64,000 nucleotides of DNA from contig NC_043005.1 of the NCBI RefSeq assembly GCF_006345805.1, positions 96,162,001 to 96,226,000 on the forward strand, written 5' to 3'. Of the stretch, positions 13,456 to 25,627 are shown in pieces (within the stretch, counting starts at the first letter, position 1; each line of letters opens with the position of its first letter). This DNA is from Octopus sinensis. Lineage: Eukaryota. The notes beneath the pieces are model-generated. The model worked only from the letters and a program-made list of their open reading frames with translations, did no database searches and had not been told where the DNA came from. A program made the translations under genes and the position numbers.

Positions 13456-13927
13456 ATTGGTTTATAAAACTATTTCACTCTACAATTTGGAAATTGTCAA
13501 ACATTCAACAGTTAAGTCATTGTGTGTGAAGACAGCAATTATGGTTTTATTGAGGAGAACACTGGAGTAGTTCACTGTTATTTAGATCAGGTCATAGTAA
13601 GCTAAGCCTTGCACTGAAAGGTAGCAAAGTACTCATGGCATCTATAGATAATCACTTTGCAGTTATATATTTAGGGATTCCTTCATCACCTAATTGTACT
13701 TTGACGTATTGATGAAAGATCTCAAACTTCTATATAAATGATACTAATTTATATAGTATCATTTATATATAACACTCCTATATAAACGATACTAATTTCA
13801 CTACTAAACCTCTTTCATGTAGATCAGTGATTTCTCAGAGAATATATTTAGACACACTAGCACACAAAGGCATACTTGTACACTGCAAGAAGTATCGAAG
13901 TGCATCAGTAACTTTTTAAAATATATC

Positions 13928-14134
13928 CAAGGGGATGCTGAAAAATTCCTGGCTTTAGGTAAAAGAAAATAAAAGAGGATCAGTTATGATTTTATTGAAC
14001 ATATTCTCTCACATTCACATGCTTATCGCAGTGGTCTTTCCATTTTTCTAAGTTATGTAAAAGAACTCGGAAGGATGGGCCTCTCATCAGGATTTTCGGG
14101 ATACCCTTAAAACCAGGAACTTTACAGCACCTCG
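13928..14134. mobile_element. Mariner-derived MITE (~210 bp)
   Basis: Imperfect TIRs GGATGCTGAAAAATTCCTGGCTTTA / TAAAACCAGGAACTTTACAGCACCTCG followed by TA. Confidence 0.6.
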
Positions 14135-14699
14135 TAATTTAAGGTTATAGAAATTCCATGCTGATGCTAAAGCATTATGAAAAATATGTAAGTCATAAAT
14201 ACAATTAGTAAACATAAATATAATTAGTCCATTCTACTGTAGGCACAATGCATGACATTTTACGAGAACCGGCTTACTCAGATCAACCCCAACTGCTACT
14301 TTGTTTATCAACCCAAGAAGGACAAAAGGTAAAGGTGAACTCAGTGGCATTTCAACTTGGAACATAATACTTGAAGAAATGCCCCTAAGTCTTTGTATCC
14401 AATGTGGTAACAAACCTCCCAGCTTGCCATGTTACACATTATATTTTAATAAAATGAGATAAACAATAGTTTTCTTTACATATCTTTTTATCTTGTTTCA
14501 GTCATTAGACACTGCAGACATGCTGGGGCACCATCTTGAAGAAATTTAATCAAATCACCCCCACGACTTAATTTTTTTTTAAGCCTGGTACTTTATCAGA
14601 CTTTTTTGCTGAACTGCTAAGTTGCAGGGATGTAAACACACCAGCACAAGTTGTCAAGTGGTGGTGGTGGTGGGGGACAAATATACACATATATTTATA

Positions 14700-15830
14700 T
14701 ATAAAATAGGAATTAGAGATAAAACCACTATTATGCAACTCAAACAGTGATATACATAAACCAATACATAAATAACAAATTATATATATATGTAATTTTT
14801 TTTTTTACTATATAAAACTTATAAATTAGATCTCAAAAAGTATAAAATGAATTATAAATATATAATAAGTAAAAACACTACGTACGTTTCATGGCTACAA
14901 TTAAATTCGAATTACAATTAAGTTTAAATTCAATTGAAATAAATTTAAATTTAAATTATAGTCAATCTTCAGGTTAATGATAATAGTTTTTATTAAAGAA
15001 ATAAATAAAATAATAATTTTTCTTATAGAAGAAAATCCATTAACTTAATTAGAAACTTAAAACATTAGGATTATTTCCTACAACACATTTATTATGTTAA
15101 ATATTTATTTTTAAGGTAAAAAAATAGATAGAAATATGTATTTATCTTTGAAGATATAATTTGGCTTTAAAAACATGATAAACTCTTGAATATAACTCAG
15201 TTATATTCCAATATTTAATTACCAAATTATTTAACAAAATAATCACTATTCATATTTTTAGATCTAAGTTCTCATCTAATAATTATAAAATATTTAAAAA
15301 TAAGTATCTAAATTATAATCAACAAATATAGTAATTAAAAATCTAAAATTTTCTCTATCAATAATTATATAGACATATAACTAAAAATAAATAAATTAAT
15401 TAGTCCATTATTACTTACATAAATATTATAAATATCAATAGAATATATTTATGAAATACATTTAAAAATCAAATTAAAAACATAACCTATCTTAAAAGAA
15501 CCGTATAACTATTTTACGATCTATATACCTCAGTGACTAAGTAATATCTTACAATTTACGTACAGTTATAATCTAATAATTAAATATACATATCTAAAAT
15601 ATCAACAACAACTAAATAATTATAGAATCAAATTAACAATCAGTAGTTATTGCAACACTTCTTAAAATGTCATTAACTAAAATTTGAAAACGGGAATTTT
15701 CCATCTGTTTATTCTATTTCTGTTAACGTAATTCCACAAGTTTTCTTATAAACGCTTAAAAGACACGGTTTTCGAGAGTTAAGTAAACCTTTTTCTATTT
15801 AAGAAATTTTAAGATATATAGCTACAAGAT
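14700..15830 (-). mobile_element. Extremely AT-rich decayed element, possibly Penelope-like
   Basis: CTGAAGA...GAAACGTACGTA motif at 14879-14972 (minus); faint TEIE*TDGKFPF resemblance to the PLE RT FTxExE..LPFLD motif at ~15690-15730. Confidence 0.35.
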
Positions 15831-16249
15831 AATGCATGATTGACTGAAAACAATGTGAATAAATAAGCAGTGCATCAGAGTAACCTGAAAGCTAAATGGT
15901 TAAAGTTGGTTGTTTAACCCCAAATCAGCCCTGATTGAGCAAGGCTTTAATTGATGGCCTTCACCATCCATTTCATTTTTTGTGTAACTAATACTACGAT
16001 GTCTAATGTGTTCTTCCCACTTTAAGATGGCTGGGATTGAAAGTGCTTTGGGGAACTTGGCTGCTATTTCTAGCAGGTTGAACTACTGTGTAGATGCTGG
16101 TGTATTTAGAGATGTGAGACTGGCAGAAATCATTCTCTGTTCAAGCTACTTATACTTGTGTCCTGTTTTTAATTAATTGCTACAAACTAATGAAATATTC
16201 CGTTGTACATTACTCCATCTCCTACTCAAGGGGGGCTTGAGCAATGTTA

Positions 16250-16605
16250 TATCAGTTGCCTTGACTGCGGAAAGAGCAGCTTCTCATTGCCAATAGAATG
16301 GAGGTTAGTCTCAGGCTTGGATTTTCAGGCAACCAGGTTGCTATCTTATCAAAGCAAAAAATAAATATCAGAAACTTGTTGCAAGGTAAATGCACAGCAG
16401 GGGAGATATTCAGAAGAACTCCCATCCAACAAGTGTTTTGGCCTTTATTCCTGACAACTCTAAAGGAGCTGGGTCCAACCAGGTCATGGCCCCTAGGTGT
16501 CCTCCTGCTGCTTTCCAAAATCCTGTCTCCAGCAGGATTCAAACCTGGGTCATTCTCCTTGTGATCTTATGTTCCCAGGTCTGTTTCAGACCACTAGGCC
16601 ACACT
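16250..16605 (-). mobile_element. tRNA-headed repeat (A-box TGGCCTAGTGG, B-box GGTTTGAATCC)
   Basis: Plus-strand CCACTAGGCCAC at 16591-16602 and GGATTCAAACC at 16535-16545; no intact cloverleaf. Confidence 0.5.
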
Positions 16606-16659
16606 AACCACCAAAGGAACCAGTTCTCTTCCTTGTATTTCCTATAAATAACCAATGGA

Positions 16660-16775
16660 ATCTATAACTTGGTCCATTGATCATTTCTCCTTGTCCATAT
16701 CCACATTGAGCTCTTTTCAACAACATCAGACAAGCATTTGATTGTGGCCTTTGATACCCAACTGTCCAAGTAGAA
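16660..16775 (-). mobile_element. Possible C-terminal end of an RLE-type (HERO-like) LINE ORF
   Basis: ATIKCLSDVVEKSSMWIWTRRNDQW resembles the recalled AIxxLSxxAExxSxWIWxKR..W terminus. Confidence 0.35.
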
Positions 16776-16863
16776 AGATAGACAGATGAAAGCCATATAG
16801 ATAGACAACAGATAAGAGAGAGGGAGATAGAAGATATGTAGCCAGTTACATAGATAAGAGAAA

Positions 16864-17240
16864 TCATCATCATCGTTTAACATCCGTTTTCCATGCGTTG
16901 AACGATTTTGACTGAGGGCTGGCGAACCAGATGGCTGCACCAGGCTCCAATCTTGATCTAGCAGAGTTTCTACAACCGAATGCCAACCACTCCGAGAATG
17001 TAGTGGGTGCGTTTACATGCCACCAGCATGGGAGCCAGTCAGGTGGCACTGGCAACAACCTTGCTCAAATCTTTTTACACATGACACCGGCATAGGTGCC
17101 AGTAAGGCGATGCTGGTAACGATCACACTCGAATGGTGCCTTTTACATGCCACCGGTATGGAAGCCAGTTAGCCGCTGTGGCAACGATCAGGCTCTTAGC
17201 ACCCTATGAGCACGGGGAACAAGTGCCAGTAAGGCGATGC
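16864..17240 (-). mobile_element. SINE family A
   Basis: Same family sequence. Confidence 0.85.
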
Positions 17241-18735
17241 AGTAAGACAGATAAATAACTTATGCAGCAAGGAGAAGAAACCTTTAACCCTTTAGCATTT
17301 AAACTGACCACATCTGGCTGAAATATTTTACCTGTTTTATGTCCAAACTGGCTAGATATGACCTCTCACAACTATCCTACAATGTCCTTCTAAAAATATA
17401 CAAATAACATCATCAAAATCTCAATGCCACAATATAATAATTAATAGAAAACAATGTCAATAAAGAAGCATTACATTTGACAAAATAATCTGGAAGTTCC
17501 ATGATTGAGACTTCCTCAGGTAAAGCATAGCCTTCTCTCTCATCTCATATAGGTCGTCTCAAAGGATGCCCCATTTTAGGAGTTTCAGGTGCGCATACAA
17601 TAGGAATCATAGGGCACTGCTCCATGTGGTCCTGCAGTTTCCATCTAAGAATATTAGGGTCCCATCCATTTTCTTGTATTCAAGATCTTCTGCATGATAT
17701 CCTGCTTGTTCAAAGCCAGGAATCTGATCTGTTGGGTCCTGCTGATAACTAAATCCATGCCCTACTGCTGACACTTCGATTTATTGTCATTAAGATTTGT
17801 CTGTCTCCTGGTAAGACCTCCTTGAAGATTTCTCTCCCTCCAGCATAGCTCTCCTGGTCAATGGGGCACACAGGCACTTCACTGCAACATGGTACTTGGT
17901 GAATTGGCCATTGACTACACAGTAGTTCTTCTGCCCTTTGACAGGTCTTAATTTATGTCCCGCGGGGTGTCCAACAATCACCCTCCTCACCAAGCAAGCT
18001 AGATAGGATTACCAGTTTAGTCGCCGACAACCCAACCATGTTGTACCGGGTTACATGTTACCAGTAGTGCTCTTTGTATCTGCCAAATAAGTGGTAAGAG
18101 AAACCATATAATGATGTACAATAACATAACGAGTAGACGCACAATTATAACTAAAGGAAAGTATGGATAAAATATCTTCATAAATTTGCCAAGATCAGAT
18201 GAAAATATTATTATACAGATACTATATTTTCCAGGATATAAGTAGAATTTTTCAAACCAAAATTTACAGCCAAAAAAGTTGAGCTGACTTATACATCAAG
18301 ATTAATTTGTAAGATCAAAAATTCCATGTGAAACAGCAGGATTCGAAAAGAAAGTGACAATGTTAGAATGTTTACATAACATATTATATCAACTTGTATA
18401 CCAGAAAATACAGCAGGGTGTCAAGAGACATATTTAGATAGACAGTGAAGATTGTGTATGAGAGAGAGAGACTGAAAGAAAGACAGTTCTGTTCATGCAT
18501 AAAAGAAAAATTAAGACCAGATTCTTTTTTTTATCAAATATCATTTATTTCATAATATTCTCATTCAACATGACTGGTACGTTCCTTCCCCAGACAAATG
18601 GCTGGAACTTGAAATCTGTTTCTTTTGTTTTTTTTGTTTTTTTTATTGTTGTCTTTAATCATTTTTCTTCAGATACATATATACATATACATGTATGTAT
18701 ATATATACACACATATATACATGTGTATGTGTATA

Positions 18736-18769
<34 letters not shown>

Positions 18770-21700
18770 CATACACATATATATATTTATATATATATAT
18801 ACACACACATATGTATGTATGTATATTATAATCACTAGATAAGAGATGAAGTAGAGAAGAGAAAATAAAAATATGGAGGTGGGTGTGGTGGATATGAGAG
18901 CAGCAGTTATTGACAGCGGCAAAGGACTAGGAAGAAAATGAAGGGAGCAAGGGTTAGAGTAACAGAGAGTTATAAAAACAAACATCTTTATTCCTTTTGG
19001 ATGTTCATGGATAGTTTGGAAACTAATGAATTCTTCTGTATGTAAGAGAAAAAAAAGGAAGAGTAGGGGACAATAAAGGCAGCAGGGAGAGGGAGTGAAA
19101 AGATCTGATATAGAGGGCAGTATGTGGTGATGGCGATGGTGATCATTTATTAAATGATGATTTTGAAATGATATTAACATAGAGTAGTGGTGATGGTGGT
19201 GAGATGTTGGGGGAGTTAAAGTATCTCCCTCCCCTGTCACACTGAAAACGAAAATTCAGAAAAAGAAAAAAAAGCGCACTTAAAAAAAAAAAAACTTTTT
19301 TTCTTTTCTTCTTTTTATAAAAAAGACATTAAAAAAAAATTTTCTTACAGAAACATTTGGAGAAGTTTCCAAATATATTTTTTAAAAAAACTCAGTAATT
19401 AAAACAAAAAAATAAACCCAAAAAACAAAAGAAAAACCTGCTAAAATAAGAGAGGGAGAATATAGGTGTCAGGTATTTTGGAAATGAGAAAAAATTTAGA
19501 ACTGAATAGTGTTGAATATGTATATATGTGTATGTGTGTGTGTGTATATGTGTTTGTAAGAGTAGGTGATGGCGGTGGTATGATGGTGATGATGATGGTG
19601 GTGATGGTAAAAATGGATTCATTGAATGATGATGAATGAGCAGTTTTGATTGGCACACAGGTATTTCATTCAGGTTTTACTTCTTTATTTCATTTTGTTT
19701 TTTTAAATTTAAAAAAAAAAATTTTTTTTTTGTTACTGTTGTTTTCTTAATCCAAGAAATTATATCAATTAGAATAACACATGTACACCTTTTTCTTTTC
19801 TTCTTTCTTTTTGAGGGTGGAGAGGGTGTAAGAGAGAGCGGGTAGGGAGTTTTATTTATTTAAATCATTTTTCAGTTGTTAAAGGGTCATGTGTAAGGGG
19901 GACCCCCCAACCCCTGCCCAACCCTCCAGATTCCCCCTTTGTTATCACAAACATGCAATTGTATGTGTATGTATAACACACACACACACACCCTCTCTCC
20001 TTTTCTCTCCCATTCTTTTTCACTCTCTTCTTGATATCTCAATCGGATTATTACAAACATGCAATTGTGTATTGAAGAAATCCCCACCCTAAACTCCCAC
20101 CCAAGCTTGCTGTTATCACAAACACGCATCATAAAGTAATACTAGGTACAAAAGGCACCCCTGCCTTCCCCCAACTGTTATCACAAATACACACAAACAA
20201 ACTATGCTGTGATAAATTGAACAAAATAATAATAAAAAGTGAAGAAAAGAAATCCAGAAAAAAACAAATAAAAAAAAAGGATTCAAATGCAGAAAAATAA
20301 CGTGCTAATAGATTACAGATCTAATTAACTTAGATCTACTTACCAAATGAAAAAAATTTTAAAAGTCCTAAAGAAGGCACACTTAGTGTTTATGAGTTAA
20401 ATTACCTAAGTTTTATATTATTTATTTTATTCTGTATCTTGTAATAGGAAATGAAGAAGCAAACTTCAATATCTCACCCCCACCCCCAAATTTATTTAAG
20501 CAACTTATCTACCAAACTGATAGGAATTAATTTCACGCATCTTCCCACCCCACCCCACAACTGTCTGTTTAATCACTTTTGAGCTATGCACAAGGCCAAG
20601 GGAAAAATGTTTCAAAGAAATTACTCCTTCCACATACACATAAAAAAAAAAAGGTTTTGTAAGAAAACACTCTTGAATATTTTCTTTACAAAACACAATA
20701 TTTCATCTTGGAGGTGTACTTGCCAGGAAAGTGGTTTGATCTGAGTCAGTGTGTTGAAAGTAAAATGATTGCAGTGAAGATGATGATACATATTAGCTTT
20801 TCAAAAACACACAAACTTAACTTCACTTAAAATATTTATTATTTGGTATCAAAATTTTCATCAGAAACGAAATTTTGATACAAATAGTAATTACAGTCTT
20901 CATGTGCTTTTGAGTGGCTAATACGCATCTTCCATTCTGCAATCATTTATTTCATATTATTATACTTTAAAAGAATGAAAAAGATATGCTTTAAAAATCA
21001 GAACAATGAAGTATTGTGCTGCATACTATAAAAGCAACTGGTCGAATCCTCTATTGTAGATGCTATCTTTAGGCAATAAACAGCAGGGTATCTAGACTAG
21101 AAACAGCAACCCAATCTCACCAAATATCATATTTTGATAGAAGAATAGAAGCTATTCAATTTTAAATGAATAAATAAAACAGGGATGGCCTTCCTGCTAC
21201 TTAATTTCATATTACTGTGAATTCCATAAGCTTTGGGTTTATAAAGGCAATATTACATACTCACGATGTGCATACAAAATAGATTAACCTGTTATAGCCC
21301 AAACCTCTCCAAGCCAAATGAGGGAGGATGCATCTAGGCAGTCATTTGATATGCTAGAAATAGTAGCAATCTTTGAAATGATAACTCTATAGTCTTAGAA
21401 AAGGACACAGATCAGTGCTAATGGAACTGCAGATCAATGATCAAAGATGCCCAAGCATTGGTCATCCTGTCTTTCTTTACCCCTGCAGCATTTAAACCAG
21501 CCATATCCAGCTCATTCAAATATTCTAGTCCTCTCACACCTACCTTACAATATCATTCTAAAAATAAGCAACCACATCATCAAAATTCTGAAGCTACAAG
21601 ATAACGCACGATTAATTCAAAATAAATTAATAAACATTACATTTGTAATGCTTATTTTCTTATAAAATAAGCCTCTGCAATAATACCAAAGAGCTTGAAG

Positions 21701-21863
21701 ATGTAATGTAACTTGGACTAGATTACCTAATGTCTTCTAAAACAGTAAAACGTCTCCTCATAAACTAGGTTGGTTTCTAACAAATTATTAGATGAAATTT
21801 GACCTAATTTCAAGAGTATTAAAGTATAGTATTTACCCAAGTAATTTTCTAAAGTAATGATTG

Positions 21864-21897
<34 letters not shown>

Positions 21898-21960
21898 GTA
21901 GTAGTACTAGTAGTAGTAGTAGTAGTAGCAGTAGCATCATCATCATCATTATTATTATTA

Positions 21961-22180
21961 GGGCAGTGAGCTGGTAGACTCGTTAGCATGCCAGGCAAAA
22001 TGCTAAGTGGCATTTTGTCTGCTTTTACGTTTCGAGTTCAAATTCTGCCAAGGTTGACTTTGCTTTTCATCCTCTCAGTGGGGTTGATAAAATAAGTACC
22101 AGTTACGCACTGGAGTCAATGTAATCGACTTGTTCTCTGTAACAAAAATTGCTGGTCTTGTGCCAAAATTGGAAAGAATT
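21961..22180 (+). mobile_element. tRNA-derived SINE family B after a compound (ATT)/(AGT)/(CAT) microsatellite
   Basis: GGCAGTGAGCTGG head, GAGTTCAAA B-box, same body. Confidence 0.8.
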
Positions 22181-22204
22181 ATTATTTATATATATATATA
22201 TATA

Positions 22205-22847
22205 TATAAACAACTTATAAGTGAGGGCTAAAGAAAATTATTTCAAAGCCAATATGCTGATAACAGACTATTAAATCGTCAATTTCCACATATTATTTAC
22301 TCGCTACAGAAAAAAACACGAAGAACTGTAATCAGGCAAGCCGGCTGTTAGAATTTTTTAAAAAGTTTGTTATTTCTATATTGAATCAATTTTCTGTAGA
22401 AAAAAACTTCATCCTATATTAGTAGTAGACTTATTACTACTCGCTATAGGGACTGGTAACCACTATAACCTATAGTGGAGAAGTCAACACGTTGTGCTGA
22501 GGCTGACCAAAGAATTTTATTTTTAGATATATCTGGGGTACTTATATGTACTCATGATTTTTGCTTCGTTTTTTTCCTTGGGCGCATGTAAGTATCTTAT
22601 TTATATTCTTTCGTATGTTCTACTGAAGAGGAAAGAATCTTTTATGAGATTAATTCTGAAATTGATTCAATATAGAAATAACGAACTTTTTAAAAAAATT
22701 CTAACGGCCAGCTTGCCCGATTACAGTTCTTCATGTTTTTTTCTGTAGCGAGTAAATAATATGTGGAAATTGACAATTTAATAGTCTGTTATCAGCATAT
22801 TGGCATTGAAATAATTTTCTTTAGCCCTCACTTATAAGTTGTTTATA
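22205..22847. repeat. Imperfect inverted repeat, ~188-bp arms, ~265-bp spacer (MITE-like or fold-back duplication)
   Basis: 22205..22392 is the reverse complement of 22659..22847 with several mostly transition mismatches. Confidence 0.85.
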
Positions 22848-22935
22848 ATTTTAACCGTAAAGGTATTTTAATATGCTGCCACATGTTTTGATGGAATTTT
22901 TTTCTGTAGAAAAAAACTTCATCCTATATTAGTAG

Positions 22936-22967
<32 letters not shown>

Positions 22968-24404
22968 ATATATTTGCTTTATGTTATTTTTTAAAAAAGA
23001 TCTGAAGATTGGTAATTCAAACAGTAAGGAAAGAGAATGATGATATAAAGTGAAGTGACATAGTCACAACAAAAAAGGACGTCTAGTTTACACTACTTAG
23101 TATTCAGCTAAACAAAATGATAATTCATTTCCCCATTTTTAAATTAGTCTTTTAATATGTATGTATGCATGCATGTATGACCAATACTAATGGGAGGAAA
23201 GATAAGTGAAAGTATATTTTATCAACAAAATAACCAAATAATAATAATGATCATCATGATGCTTTAAAATTTTGGCATAAGGCAGAAATTTTAGGGAAGC
23301 GGGTTAGAAGTCAATTCCATTGACAGCTATGTTCAAATGGTGCTCACTTTATCAACCCCAAAAAGATGAAAGGTGAAGTTGAACTCAGAATGTAAAGAGC
23401 TGGAAGAAGAGCCACCAAACATTTTTGGCTGACATGCTAACGAATCTGTCAGCTTTGCTACCGAATAATAATAATCTTTCTATGATAGGCACAAGGCCTG
23501 CAATTTGGAGAGAGGAGGCTAGCTGATTACATCGATCTCAGCACCCCGCTGGTACTATTTTATCAATCCTAAAAGAATGAAAGGCAAAGTTGACTTTGGT
23601 GGTATGGGGAATGGGTTAGTTGATAACACGTCAAAGAATTCAGTATTAGAGATTCATTTCAGCCAATGTTACTAATTGGTTTCACACTGGATATTAACAG
23701 CATGGTTAAGTAACACCACATGCTCTTCAGAGATGGCAAGTAAGGAAAAAAATAAGTGCACACCCACACACACAGCATAGAATGGTAGCAAGCTCTTGCT
23801 AATTCAAACCCTTTTGGTATTGTTTCTTCTCACTTAGTCCAATAAGTTCAGCCATGGACAAGAACATTCTAAGAGACAGCTCAAATATATAAACATAACT
23901 ACATGATATATAAGATATTTAAGCAATCTTTCCCTAACAGCAGGACTTATTAAGATATTGATTTCAAATTTTGGTACAAGCCCAGCAATTTCAGGGGTTA
24001 AGTCAATTACATTGACTCTAGTGTTCAGCTGGTACTTATTTTATCGAACCGAAAAGAATGAAAGGCAAAGTCAACCATGTGGCATTTTGAGGACTTAAGA
24101 TATTACTCATAATAAATCAGGTCACATTACTAAAAGATTGATTTAATAAAAGCTTACATCACTTAAGGAACACGAAATATTATTACACTTTCAGTAAAAT
24201 CGCAAAACTTTGATAGAGAAAATGTATGTGAATGAGAGGTGGGATGCAGGAGAAAGAAACAAAATTGTTCCAATTAAGAGTCAGACTTAAAGAGTATTAC
24301 AAACTATTAGAATTTAATGTAATGTATACCATTAAAAAAGCAAAAACAAAATCAAGATTACAAGAATATTCTAAGTGCTACATATCACACATAACTGATA
24401 TATA

Positions 24405-24625
24405 TATTTCTTTACTACCCACAAGGGGCTAAACACAGAGGGGACAAACAAGGACAGGCAAAGGGATTAAGTCGATTATATTGACCCCAGTGCGAAACTG
24501 GTACTTTATTTACCGACCTCGAAAGGATGAAAGGCAAAGTCGACCTCGGCAGAATTTGAACTCAGAACGTAACGACAGACGAAATACCGCTAAGCATTTC
24601 GCCCAGCGCGCTATTGTTTCTGCCA
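24405..24625 (-). mobile_element. tRNA-derived SINE family B, young copy (older copies ~23300-23640, 23960-24090, 36990-37320)
   Basis: CpG-rich, near-consensus reverse copy. Confidence 0.85.
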
Positions 24626-25413
24626 GTTCACCCTATATATATAATACACATACATACACTTCCCATATATTGGAAATCAATAGCATCAGTTACTATTATC
24701 AACTCCCAGACTAGAGTCGTAATCCATCTCATTAGGGTTAATTTAAACTTTCATCTCTCCATTACTGATAGTTACCAATAATATATTAGAATCAATTGAA
24801 TAGTTTACACACCCTTCAATAGATTTCTTCCTTTATCAGTACCACTATTGACATTGTATGATGAATCTACTCAGGTTCAATTCCTTGTCAGAGCTACTTC
24901 ACCTACATTGCTTAAACACATGGCATGGACATCAACAACTTCTTATTTTGTCTAAGAAAAAAACAAAAAAAACCTTTATGACAATATGAGAAACAATTTC
25001 CTACAATAACTCAGATTTCCTACGTTAGTAAACAAAGATGTTAAAATAAGCTACCAAATGTTTCAGGCACCAAAGAGAGAAAGAAGACTTTAGTGAACAC
25101 TGGAAGAAGCAAACAGGAGTTGATTAGTGAGAGCCTACTTTGGAAAGTCTGACATCATTGAAATTAGATTAGTCATAACAAAGACATATTCGTCAATCAT
25201 TTAAAAGATGAGACTGGAATTCAACCAAGAAGAACTTTACATGCTCTGAGTGAGAGAGAGAGAAAGGTGGAAGATTAAAGCCTAGTGAATTCAAGTTAGC
25301 TTAATAAAATGATGTTTCTAAAGGAGAAATGTATCTGCATGCACACACACACATAATTTTATGATAAATTTTCATAAAACTATGCTGTTACTGCTGGTAA
25401 ACATACCATTTAA

Positions 25414-25627
25414 CCCTTTCGTTACCAACCTGGCTGAAACCGGCTCTGAGTACAAATGTCTTGTTTTCATAAGTTTTGAATTAAAATCTTTCCCCAAACC
25501 TAAGTCACAATTTATGTTCCTAACACTAGATTAATGATAACGAAGTTATTTTGCTAAATTCTTTGTTATATTTAAAGTAATTGAAAGAAACAAAGAACAG
25601 CTCAAAATAAATACAGTAACGAAAGGG
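25414..25627. mobile_element. TTAA-flanked piggyBac-type MITE, family 1
   Basis: TTAA-CCCTTTCGTTAC...GTAACGAAAGGG-TTAA, perfect 12-bp TIR. Confidence 0.85.

Noticed and set aside
16535-16602. Possible tRNA gene
   Set aside because: A and B boxes are present but no acceptor or anticodon stems can be formed; treated as a SINE head.
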